From assembly GCA_010909165.1 (NCBI GenBank), contig MU008188.1, positions 620,001 to 684,000 of the forward strand: 64,000 nt of DNA, written 5' to 3'. Positions 12,781-23,256 of this stretch are shown here, in pieces. The stretch's first letter is position 1. Each line of letters begins with the position of its first letter. This stretch comes from Anthoceros angustus. Taxonomy: Eukaryota; Plantae; Anthocerotophyta. Below the pieces are notes generated by a model, which worked only from the letters and a program-made list of their open reading frames with translations, made no database searches and was not told the DNA's origin. The position numbers were made by a program, and so were the translations under genes.

Positions 12781-14153
12781 CAGGTTCGTTTAAATCATTC
12801 TAAGGCCATCTTTTTTTACATTACACATATTTATGCCCATGACACATACTAATTTCTTCCTTTTGTAGGGAAAGAAAAGAAAAATAGATGAGTCTGATGA
12901 CAATGCACCAACATATGGCCCTTCAACCGAATTTACTCAATTCGGCAAATGGATGAATAACTTTCAATATCCAAAAATATTCCAAGATTTCAAGAACAGA
13001 TATGTTCCAATTTGGGAGCATAGTCTTACAGACCTAGCACAGCCAATCCTAAATGAAGATGGGAGCATGCCGACATTCCAAGAGTATATGGAGATCCAAA
13101 GAAGTAAGATCTTGAGGTTTTTTTTTGGTTTCTATCTTCTTGATGACATAAGTATATAATTTCGATTTCTTGTATGTAGAAATATCAATCGCTATTGAAA
13201 ATAAAGAGCTAAAAACAATAGACTTGATGTCTCTCATGCAAGATCCGGAGACAACAAAAAACATCCAAAAGGTATTTCAATTTGAAATCCTTTTTTCTAA
13301 TAGAAAATAAAATTTTTGACATTTGTCCCTTCCAGAATGTACAATCACACTTCTGCAGTATGGGGAATCTTCACAACACCTGCTTAACGTTAGTAAAAAA
13401 GGTATATACAAAGCAGGATCTACTTCGACTTGAAATGGAGGTAAGTTATTAATCTGTTTGTACCTTCGTTTGTAGCTATCGAAGAACCAAAAGGAGTTAT
13501 TCGCACTGTTGGCGCCATATCCTGGATCCCCATGGATGGAAACATGTTTGTTTGATCGCAAACGTCAATGTTTGGTTGCTTTGTACTCCTATGGTCGCTC
13601 TTTGTAAAATAAGATTTCAGCCATGATTTCAACATATCAAACAACCTAAATGATTACCTTCTTCGATTTCAAGCATATCATTGTTGCTTTAGTTCTCCGA
13701 TGCCATCCTGAACTAAAAAGGGAAAAACATTAAGGGTGTAGAAACACTGAAGTGTTTTTATCAGACAACCGTCTTCATGCACCTCAATGACTTTACAAAA
13801 CTGACCGCCAGAGAAAAGAAAAACAAAGAAAGCAGACTACCTGAAGGTTTTACCTTGTTCTAAGGTTCTTGGCGTATTGCACTTGGTGCACTGAAAGTGG
13901 CTGTCATGCAACAGAAGGGATGTATGAATGACAAAATTGCAGGTCCAGACCTGGTCTTAGACTTGTTGGTTCCACCCATGCAGTACAACTGTAGCGACAC
14001 AAGCACCAGTGCTCAACAAAAATCAGCTGTGCAGACTCAAAGGAGGTAAATAGCTAGCACAAACTCAGGACAACACACTGACGCTGCTTACTGTGGCTGC
14101 CAAAACCACCATGCAGTCACTCTCAAACACATCAAACTTATACAGTTTGGGGG

Positions 14154-14222
14154 AGGGGTGCGTTTAGGACCGTTCAGGAAAGGGGTGCGTTCAGGACCGT
14201 TTACGAAAGTGCGTTCAGATCG
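14154..14222. repeat. 27-bp tandem repeat, about 2.5 copies (AGGGGTGCGTTYAGGACCGTT...)
   Basis: Units at 14154-14180 and 14181-14207 plus a partial third unit. Confidence 0.8.
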
Positions 14223-15289
14223 GGGGCACGACGTGCCCTCGAAGAAATGTCGAGGCTGCAGTGCAGAACAAAAGCGTCTGAGACGAAAGGCGGATCGAAC
14301 TTGGACTGTATTGTAGGTTCTGGCGATATAGAAGAACTACAATAATGCAACCATAAATCCAGGCAGAAACTCAACGATGCAGACATGAGTGCAGCTAGAA
14401 AACAGCTAGAACAATTTGCTCAAAACATTATCTCACGTTGCTTACCGTTGCTGCCGCACCAGCATGCACTGACTCTTAAAGACATCCAACTAACGCTCAA
14501 TGAAGGTTCCGTTAGATAAAGAACTTACGCTCAAATATGTTGCAATGGTCGACTTGCGTAAAGTTTATCACTTAGATTACTTGGACATGAAAGACAGTGT
14601 TAGGGGGAGATTGTTTGGGCCAAGAGAAGCCAACTCCTCGGCACTGAACACTGAAGAGTGGAAAGTTTAACACCGGTCAGAAGGACGGATATTGAAACTA
14701 CCAAGAAACATGAGAATACACAAAAGAGCACACAACAGCTCAAGAAACATGACAGACACACCACACATTGACTTTCCACCATAGCCCAACTTTGTTACAT
14801 AGAGCAACGAGAAAGCAGTCCGAGAGTTACCTTGCGGTTATTCTTCTTTGCGAAGTCGGGCAACTGGCTTACTGAGGCGGCAATACAAGTGTTAGGACAG
14901 TGTTTGGAAACAAGACCACTAATCGAGCGCGGTGGTGGGCGATGCATACCGTCTGTTGTGATCCCCAATGACGATAGAACCTTTGCAAGGACACTGGTTG
15001 GCGTTGTGCTGGCACAAGAAGCGCTGAACGTAAGAGGTTGCCGTTCAACCTGAACAGCAAAGAGATGTTAGTGACGTTTTTCTCAGCAGAACAGTCAAAA
15101 GGTTGGCTGATATCCAAAAAAAAGAGTGGACCAAGATGCCCATCAGCAGCAAGTGCAAGGTGTTGTGGGCAGTACTTGGCTAATTGCTAACTCGATGACG
15201 TTGGGCGCTATCCAAATCACCAGCCAAGTGTTTGATTGGGCTTCTAGCAGAACCGCCCAAGACGCACCTTCGCAAGCACGTCCACCGAG

Positions 15290-15470
15290 AGCCAGAACCT
15301 CTGCACACTCAGAACTTCCGCCGAGCCCCAAACCAGCGCCAATCTCCAGAACCTCCGACTATCGCCAGAACCTCCGCCGAGCATCAGGACCTCCGGCAAG
15401 CGCCAGAACCTCTGCCGACCACCTGAATGGCAAGCGCCAGGACCTCCGTCGAGAGCCGGAACCTCCGCGA
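15290..15470. repeat. Degenerate short-repeat array, consensus GCCAGAACCTCCG, about 8 copies with variable linkers
   Basis: Recurring CCAGAACCTC/CCAGGACCTC/CCGGAACCTC motifs that do not keep one reading frame. Confidence 0.75.
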
Positions 15471-15818
15471 GGACGCCAGCAACAAGGGAGAGCCTGGCGG
15501 CGTGATGGGCAATAGCGCGCGGAAACCTAGAAGGAACCTGTGTAAGTACTGAAAAAATAGGTTTCCATGGTTATTGTGGTGCATGCGTGTGTTTGTGATT
15601 CGACAGTAGCTTCTTACGCCCGTACTGGGTTCGGATATCGTTTGTCTTGGATTAGGTTAGGTTTGGAACAAAGAAATTAGGTTTGGTTGAGCAGGGCGGG
15701 GGCGACAGCGAATGGCGAAGCTACGTAGGTTTGGAAGTCGGCTCGAAATCTTAGGTTTGGTTAATTCAAATGAGCTTCAGTAGAGAGAGAGTGGCAGCGC
15801 TGACAGAGGGAGAATGTC

Positions 15819-15841
15819 TAGGGTTTGCAGGCCTATATAAA
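15819..15841 (+). promoter_or_regulatory. Putative Pol II core promoter (telo-box plus TATA)
   Basis: TAGGGTTT (reverse telo-box) at 15819-15826 and TATATAAA at 15834-15841, directly before the repeat array and upstream of the recombinase gene. Confidence 0.55.
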
Positions 15842-15850
15842 CGGCTTCCT

Positions 15851-16188
15851 CAAAGCTTAAGGTCTTTTTTCCTTCATGTTTTCCGAAGGCCAAGGTGCTT
15901 CCAGGTTGTGCTACGAAGTTTCCAAGCCTTTGTCTTGTTCTTTGTGTCGAAAGCGAAGGTTGTTTTAGGGTCTTCTTCGAAGGCTAAGGCCTGTTTCCAG
16001 TTGTTCGAAGGCCAAGGTCTCTAACTTTGTTTCGAAGGCCAAGGTTCTTTTGTTTCTGTGTTCCGAAGGTTCTTTTTTGAAGCCAAGGGGCCTTTCTACA
16101 TCCAAAGCTCAAGGTTTTTTTCCTTCGAGGGCCAAGGGTGGTGCTTTGTCCGAAGGCCAAGGTGTTTTTTCAGCACCGAAGGCCAAGG
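15851..16188 (+). repeat. Repeat-spacer array: 12-bp CGAAGGCCAAGG, about 12-13 units, with 13-19 nt T-rich variable spacers
   Basis: Perfect copies at 15884, 16006, 16033, 16151 and 16177. One mismatch at 15978 and 16126; two at 15948. Degenerate copies near 15851, 15914, 16064, 16078 and 16102. Confidence 0.9.
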
Positions 16189-16394
16189 ACTATGATAGCT
16201 TAAAGTTCTAGGCCTTTCTTCTGTGTTGTCAACTCTTTTGTTTATGAGAAGTCACTTGTGTTTTCTGCATGATTTGTCATTGTTGTATTGTGTTTCGTCT
16301 TTGTATGTTGGCCAGTTTTGTTCTTGGTTTGCTTGTTGTTTTGCTGTTTGAGCACAAGTGTTGTTGTGTCGCCTGTAGACTTAAGATACAGTTG

Positions 16395-16925
16395 CCTATT
16401 ACCTTTTCATTTTGTTACCACCCTCTTCTTGCCAATGCAGGAAAGTTCGGAGTTTAGCCTCTGGCTGATACATTGGGACGTAACAAGGCGCGTTTGGTTG
16501 TAACTGTGTGCTGTCTGTTACATCCGGTTGTATTGTTGTAGATGTCTGTTACATTCCTCTGTTTCTTATGACCGTTTTCTGTGCCAATGTAGAAACTTCA
16601 TCAAGAAACGTAATCGGGATGATAATGGTGAGTGCGGTAATACTTTATTCGAACTATCTGAAAGTTTGTGCGAGATGTTTGTTACCTTTCAGTTTCTTAC
16701 CAGCATTTCTCTTGCAAATGCAGGAAACTTCATAATTTAGTACATCGGGACGTGTCAGTGTTCGTCTGGTTCTGGGCTGTGAGCTGTCTGTTGCATCTGT
16801 TTGTCCTTTGTTGTTAGATATTTGTTACATTCGTCTGCTGCTTATTACTGTTTGTCTGCATTTGCAGAAAAGTTGAGGATCTATTCGTACTTTTGCCAAT
16901 TATCGGGACGTTTAAGGGTGCGTGC
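16395..16925 (+). repeat. Four tandem ~130-150 bp units, each resembling a 3' splice site, a 35-50 nt mini-exon and a 5' splice site
   Basis: Acceptors ...TGYAG end at 16440, 16592, 16723 and 16867. Each mini-exon begins (G)AAA and contains ATYGGGAYG. Donor-like GCGCGT, GTGAGT, GTTCGT and GTGCGT follow. Confidence 0.65.
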
Positions 16926-18092
16926 TTACTATTGCGATCTATTTGACGTTAGGGTTTTAAGGTGATATATGTCGTCATTTATGTATACTTTTCTGTAAGT
17001 TTGCAGTTTTGTTTCTTTGGCTGTCAATTTGGTCTATGTCCCTTTGTTGGTCAACCTTGTTTTGAGTATAGTGTGACTGATTGCTGGCGTTTGTATTGTT
17101 TCTCCGATTTTATCCGTGCACGTCTTATTTTAACATTAGCATGGTTCCGTTTCCGATCCTTCAGATTGTGTCTGCAGCCTCGCATGTTTGAGATTTTTTC
17201 TGATCATCTACTTTTGAATGTGGGATTGTACATTTGGTTTGGGACTTCTTCAAGCATGTTGTTAGTAATTGTAGTTAGCGTTGATTTGATGTTTTAGCTT
17301 TTTTTGCTCTTACGATGAATGGTGTTCGTAAGATGGTTTCTTATAAATGGTTTGTTGTGTCGGCAATTTTTTCTTTCTGCTGTTCACTCAAAATATTTTC
17401 TGTACAGGTTCTGTGGTGGTTGAGGTGTCTCTGAGATCACTTTTGTGTAACTGTGTGCGTTTTAACTGTAATTATGATGGTTATTCGTTTTATCCTCGTT
17501 TTGAAGAAATTTTGCTTGATCTATAAGTGTTTGGCTGGGAGTTGTTGCTGAAACTGTGCAGGTCTAGAGTAAGATCTCTCATTCCTTGCTGAAAGTTGTT
17601 ATGTTGGTTGCAGGTCATTGCAACGTTTGGAGGGTTGGCCTCCATTTCCTTTTAGGAAATCTTCAAAATTGAGTCTGTGATATGTGTTTGGCTCCCTGAA
17701 GCCCATTTATATCTTTATATAATGTTCTTTTGTATTCTTTTTGTTAGTTTACTCGGGGTAAAAATGGTTTTAATGTTTCTTGAAATTGGTTGTCTTGGAA
17801 TTCCATTATTGATTGTGTTCATTTCCAGAGTCATAAGGTCAAAGATGTCAAATTGTCCCATTTTCAGCAAAGGGGAGGAAAACAATTGTGTAGCTTGAAG
17901 ATTTTTTCTATGTCACAATTGCTCCTCTCGCCCTTGCTTTTGTCTCGATCATTTGATCATCAACTTCTAAACCTTCCAGGAGGTTTTATCTGGCATTCTT
18001 GGTTTCACAAGTAAGTCAAACAATATTGTTTCTATCATGCTGTTTCTTTTTGCAATGCTGATTATATTTCTCTCACGTTGTTTGTTTTTCAG

Positions 18093-20299
18093 ATGGTTCC
18101 AAAAAGGAAACCTAGTGTACCTGCTGGACCAGGGAAGAAACAAGTACCTATGTCTGAAGTCATGTCAAAGCCCTTCACAAGACAACGTGTCAAGTCTGCC
18201 ATTGCATATACTGTTACACACCCCCTGAATTATGACGGTAAAATTGATGGCGTTTTTGTCCATAGTGAGGGAACATATTTGGTGCTAGTGAAGGAGTGTC
18301 CAAAGTTGCCAAGGCGCTTTTCTTCTAAAGTGGCTGCTCAGCACAGCCGAGTTTGCTCAGAAGAGAAGAGGTCTGGACACTCGATCTGTTCCTTTGGTGG
18401 AAGGCCCATTGTCTGAGATCACTAACTATGTTTCTGTTACTGAGAGGGGAGTAGTCTATGTTGGTGAAAATGATCATTTGATCACTGATGACACCATGGT
18501 CCTTGATGCTGCCAAGGCATATCTGCAGCCTGGAAGTGTTTGTGGGGCAGGTTTTGTGCAGCAGGGCAACCAGGTGGCTGCCATGCAACCACAGGTTGGT
18601 GAGTTCTCGATGCCTGTGGTTGCCCCCCATCCTGAAGTGGTGCCTGATCAAGAGTGCCTTGATATGTTTGAAAGACTGAGATGTGCGGACCCTGAAGATG
18701 ATTTTGCAATGGGCGTGGAAGACATTGAGGATGAAGCTAATTTTAGAGAGCACGGGTTTGACCCCTCTGTTCCTGATGGTGTTGTTGATGATGCTCTGAG
18801 TGGTGGTGAGGACAAGTCCAAACGTCAAAACAATTGGTGTCATAGTCGACTGAAAGCATTCATGAAAGTTAGTGGTGTCAGGGGTTGGGATAGAGTAGTA
18901 GAGGACATCCCCCATAGGGATCTTAACTTGATTTTAATACCCTTCTTCCACCAAGTGCGCAATTTAAAGGACAACTTAAGGTTCTCCCCAGAAACGTAAG
19001 TGTGTTTCCCATTTGTGTTTTTTTGTTTGTTGCTATACTTGCATCTAACCCTTTCTTTACTTCAGGTTGACGTCCTTTTTTCGAGGATTCATTCGATTTC
19101 TCAGGAGAAAGTATGCGCTCGATCAGAGCCGTTTGGGTTCTGATGTCCCTATTATCAACATGTTTCATGGTATATTTCATGGGGCACAGGCTACCCTGGT
19201 TGCCTTGATGAAGATCAGCAAGGACCTTGGAATAGTATCTTGTCGGAAGGAGGTGAAGCTTATCTCTAATGATGATGAGCGGAGGATCCTAGCCCACAGG
19301 GACCATCAGTGTTCATTTGGTTGTGGCGCTCAGAAGAGGTTTGTCTCTGTTCTTTTCTTCTGTATTAAGATCAAAATTGGTTGTTTCTAAGCTTAAGTTG
19401 TTTACTGATGCAGGTGTGCATATTTTTGTATGAATCGGTTTGGGGTTCGTGGTGGAGAGGAGTTGCACAATCTTCTGATCAAGGACTTCACATTTGGATC
19501 AGATTCAGGCGGAAATTTTGTTGAGTATGTCCCTACCTTTGTGTGTAACTGATAGTCGTTGAAATTTTTGGCTAGTGGCTGATATGTAAACTGTTTGCAG
19601 ATATGAGGAACGAATGTCTAAAAACTATAAGGTCGATATGCGCAACTACCAGAGCGAGCACTTTCGGCCAAAGGTGAAGAACTATGAGTTGGATGTGATC
19701 CAAACCTTCACAGCTGTTATCGATCACTCGCCAAAGTGGACCGAAAGTGATCAAAGCAAGGGTATCCAAGGGTTTCTTTTCAACTCGCCAATTGACAATC
19801 CCAGATCAAATGTAAGTTTTCATGCCTTTGATTTTGGTAATTCTTTTCTATAACATACTAACAAAAAACTGTTAAACTAGACGTGGTATGCAAAATTGCG
19901 TGTTTCCAAAGGGATGTTGTCATGGTACATGAAGACAATGGCAGAAGCTGCTGGTCTTGAAGCCTATTACACCAACAAGAATTGTCGTGTAACAATGATT
20001 ACACGTTTAGCAATGGCTCAGGTGCCCTCTGACACAGGCAGAAGTGTTACGGGCACAAAACAGATGCCGGGTTTTTAGGGTACATTGCGGTGGCTTTTTT
20101 TTTTGTTGATACTTGTCCAATTTTTCTGATATTTTGTGGATTCCGCAGGTATGACCGTTCAGGGCAAGCAAAGCAGGTAGCAGCAGCAAGGGTTCTTATG
20201 CCTGGAGAACGAAGATCTTACAAAGAGTTGCTGAATGAAGAACTCAATCGTATGCAAGACAACTTGCGTCGTGTGCTTGATAAAATACATAAAGTTTAG
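18093..20299 (+). pseudogene. Crypton/DUF3504-type tyrosine recombinase gene with 5 spliceosomal introns; two frameshifts and a Copia insertion in the last exon
   Basis: Exons 18093-18995, 19066-19338, 19414-19524, 19601-19811, 19881-20079 and 20149-20299 with phase-compatible GT-AG introns. Motifs FFHQVR...FSPETLTSFFRGFIRFL, FGVRGGEELHNL (Arg), YEERMSKN (Lys), YTNKNCRVTMITRL, VTGH (after restoring one G at ~20051) and GYDR (Tyr codon 20150-20152). Confidence 0.85.
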
Positions 20300-23256
20300 G
20301 GCACTATTCACTAGGGCACCTTTACTTATGCTTTAATTTATCTCTACGGCATTAAGTAGTTACTTAATTAGTTGTCCTATGAGGTTAGTTGTTATATTAG
20401 TTACAACCAAGCGTGGTTATAACAACTTATGGTTATAATTTAACCACCCTCTAACCACCTTGCCTATAAATAGGCTTTGTACTTTCTATTATAATCATTG
20501 TAATGCAAGCATCTTTATGCTTAGAGCTTAGCATGAGTTTCATCATGGTATCAGAGCAGCTTTGCTCTTGATGCTAGAGTTACTTGCTTATTTCCTCCTA
20601 AGGCATCAATTCTCCTAAGCTTTTCTTCCAACTAGATCATGAAATGGAACTTCTATGCACTGGAGATCTTGCCTTTGCCAACAAATGGATCAAGTTCAGC
20701 ATCACGCTTTAAGGATGCACAATTCGTGCATCAAATCCTTGCCTTTGCACCATGGATTCTCCAAATCCCACTAAACAGAAAGATCAAGGCTGCAAGGCAA
20801 GAGAAGCGACAGAAGGACCATAAAAACAACAAAGTCATGGTTGTGAAGAGCTTGAAGTAGTCTTTAAACAAGTTGCTAATTTCATTGCATCTATTTTGAT
20901 TAACTCACTAGATCAAGGGAATTTGGTTAGACTTGCTAGACGAGATCTACTTATCTCTTTTGATTTGTTGCAAGTTTCTGCAATCCAATTAGCTCTTCGA
21001 AACATTCCTAACTTGGTTGCTCATAACATTAGACTGAATCAAAAATCCAATCATTCTAATTTTGCCTTTTTGCAACAAGAAATTAGCAATATTTGGGATC
21101 TTCTAGATAGGCTATTCCCAAAGGAGATTTTGATTTTGATGATGAGACAAATATTCCAGTTTATATAGCTGGCCAAGATGATCACTCGAATGCATGTCCT
21201 TTCTCACCGCGCGATCGAAACCAAGTCGCCTATCGGACAAATTAATCGTCTATTTTGAACTCACTGCGATGGCTGGAGTAAATGTTGGCGACTCGATATT
21301 AATCAACTTGAAAAGTTAAAAGCGTTACTAGAGGGAGGAGGCCAAATGGCTTGAAGATGAGAAGAAGAGTTGGGAAGCCGAAAGGCTAAAGAAAGAAAAA
21401 CTTCAAACATGATCCAAAGAGGCGTCAACGGTGGTTCATGGAGATAGCTTTAAGGAAAGGATAGATTCAATGGAAAAGGATATGATGTATGGAGTATTCG
21501 CATGAAAGGAGTATTGCGGCGTGAACTATGGGATAGTGAGTGGTTCCAATGATCGTCCCATGTGGGGATTCGACTCTATAGAAGAATGGGACAATAAGGA
21601 TCAAGGCCCAAGATATTCTAGTGAGTGGACTTCAGAATCCATGGTTCGCCAAGTTTCGCCGATTCCTCCAAGGACATGTGGGACCGCCTTGCCCGATTAT
21701 ATTCATCTAAGGATGTAATGAGCTTGTTGTCGTCTACCAATTTTCATAATCTCAAGATGAGAGAGAGAATGACTCCATTGATCATATCGGCATTTTGAAT
21801 CGCCAAGTCCAACCTTGAAGCGCATCCGGCAAGTTGACGAACAATCTTTATGACTCTTCTCCTCTCTACCACCCTCCTCAGGGCTTTCGTGACTACTCAA
21901 AATGCGTTCGAGCTCGGAAATCATGAAGCCTCGTGATGCGGTGATGTTCGAACGAATTGATTGGAGCAATCATACAGAGGACCAAAGTCGACATGAATCC
22001 GGATCAACCAGACGGTGATGTTCAGGAAGGGGTAGAGGAAGAGGTCGAGGCCGAGGTCGCGAGGACTGTTTCTTCACGACCCAATCCCAACCAATATTCA
22101 CAGGGTGAATACTCGTCTTCTTCACACCGCAAGAGGTAATAAGAAGGCGGAGTTATTTGTGGTGCGAACCATATGGAGAAGGGCGCAAGAAAAAGAATGG
22201 CGAGCCTAGGAAGGAGGCCGCCTGAGCACATGTTGTAGTGAAGAAACAATCTTCCACAACAAGCTCATCTGCATGGCATCATCAAAGCCATCAAACCAAT
22301 ATTGGTATTTAGAGGAGCTACATCACATTATCTGTAAAACTCTTTGAGTCTTATTCATGACCCCAGGACACGGTGTCCTCTGGCGATGATCACAACCTCC
22401 CCATCTACGGTGTAGGTTCGGTTGTTCTCGGATGTTCTTGCCAAGTTCTCTCTCTTCCCATGTCCTTCACGTACCATCCATGTGTAAAATCTAGTGTCTA
22501 CCGCTAGCTTATGTTCCGAACATAGCATGCAAGTCATTCTTCACGCAGATAGTTGTCTTATTTCTCATCTCACAAGTAAGTTCCATAATATCTGCTCCGG
22601 CACACTAGAGGACGGCCTATGTAAACTATACATCCAAGTAGGTCCCTTACATACCATGAATGTAGCCACCGACAATTCTGCCACCTCCTCCAACCCCACA
22701 CTTTGGCATTGTCGTTTAGGTCATCCTAACAGCCAAAAACTTATCCAAATGTCTAAGGGACATATTTTTAGAACACCTTCCCTATCCAAGATAGAACCCC
22801 TATCCCACCAAAAGGCATCAGGCTCCCTTCCACAACCACTCTCCCAGCGGTAAGCACTTGAGTTGGTCCACCCACATTTGCGGCCCTATTTTCGCACCAT
22901 CCTTTCGGTTGCGGATATTTCTTAACATTCATAGATGATTATTCTCGTTTGTCCTCACATACATCCAAACACAAAAGCCAAGCCTTTTCAAGGACTACAT
23001 GATGTGGGCGAGAGAGACTTCAGACAAAAACTCAAGACCCTCCGTTGACAATGGAGGAGAGTTTACATCTCATGAATTCTTGATTTTTGTCGAGGCATAG
23101 CTCAACAACTCACGATTGTACATACACAAAAGCGGCGTAGCAGAATAAGAACCTCGCCTTCAGAGATCATGTTGCTTGCTCTCCCAAGCTAGATTATCCA
23201 AGACTTATTGGGCAGAGGCCATTCTTTCAGCAACCTATCTCATCAACAGACTACCA
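20278..23256 (+). mobile_element. Ty1/Copia element 1: 5' LTR 20278-20545, PBS tRNA-iMet, degenerate gag-protease-integrase, truncated
   Basis: LTR TGATAAAA...TTTCATCA with CTATAAATA; PBS TGGTATCAGAGC at 20546-20557. Remnants KDRFNGKGYDVWS, LWHCRLGHPN, FLTFIDDYSR, DNGGEFTS and YWAEAILSATYLINRLP. Confidence 0.92.

Larger units (their letters stand above)
10300..13607 (+). pseudogene. Orphan spliced gene, interrupted by a LINE relic
   Basis: AT-rich exon-like open frames bounded by GT/AG: ~10578-10690 (KYLRLDEIFEMINF...), ~12869-13115 (GKKRKIDESDD...MNNFQYPK), ~13180-13271, ~13336-13440 (NVQSHFCSMGNLHNTCL...LEME) and ~13476-13607 (LSKNQKELF...GRSL*). No family recognised; linkage of the 5' and 3' parts is inferred. 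Confidence 0.4.

Noticed and set aside
10680-12783. CTCAAC as a target-site duplication of the LINE
   Set aside because: Only 6 bp, and removing the insert at this repeat does not restore the host frame.
15851-16188. True CRISPR array
   Set aside because: 12-bp repeats and 13-19 nt spacers are too short, there are no cas genes, and the context is eukaryotic; reported as a repeat-spacer array instead.
18093-20299. DIRS/Ngaro retrotransposon or bacterial/phage integrase
   Set aside because: No linked RT or RNase H of that type; five spliceosomal introns; motifs are DUF3504-like.
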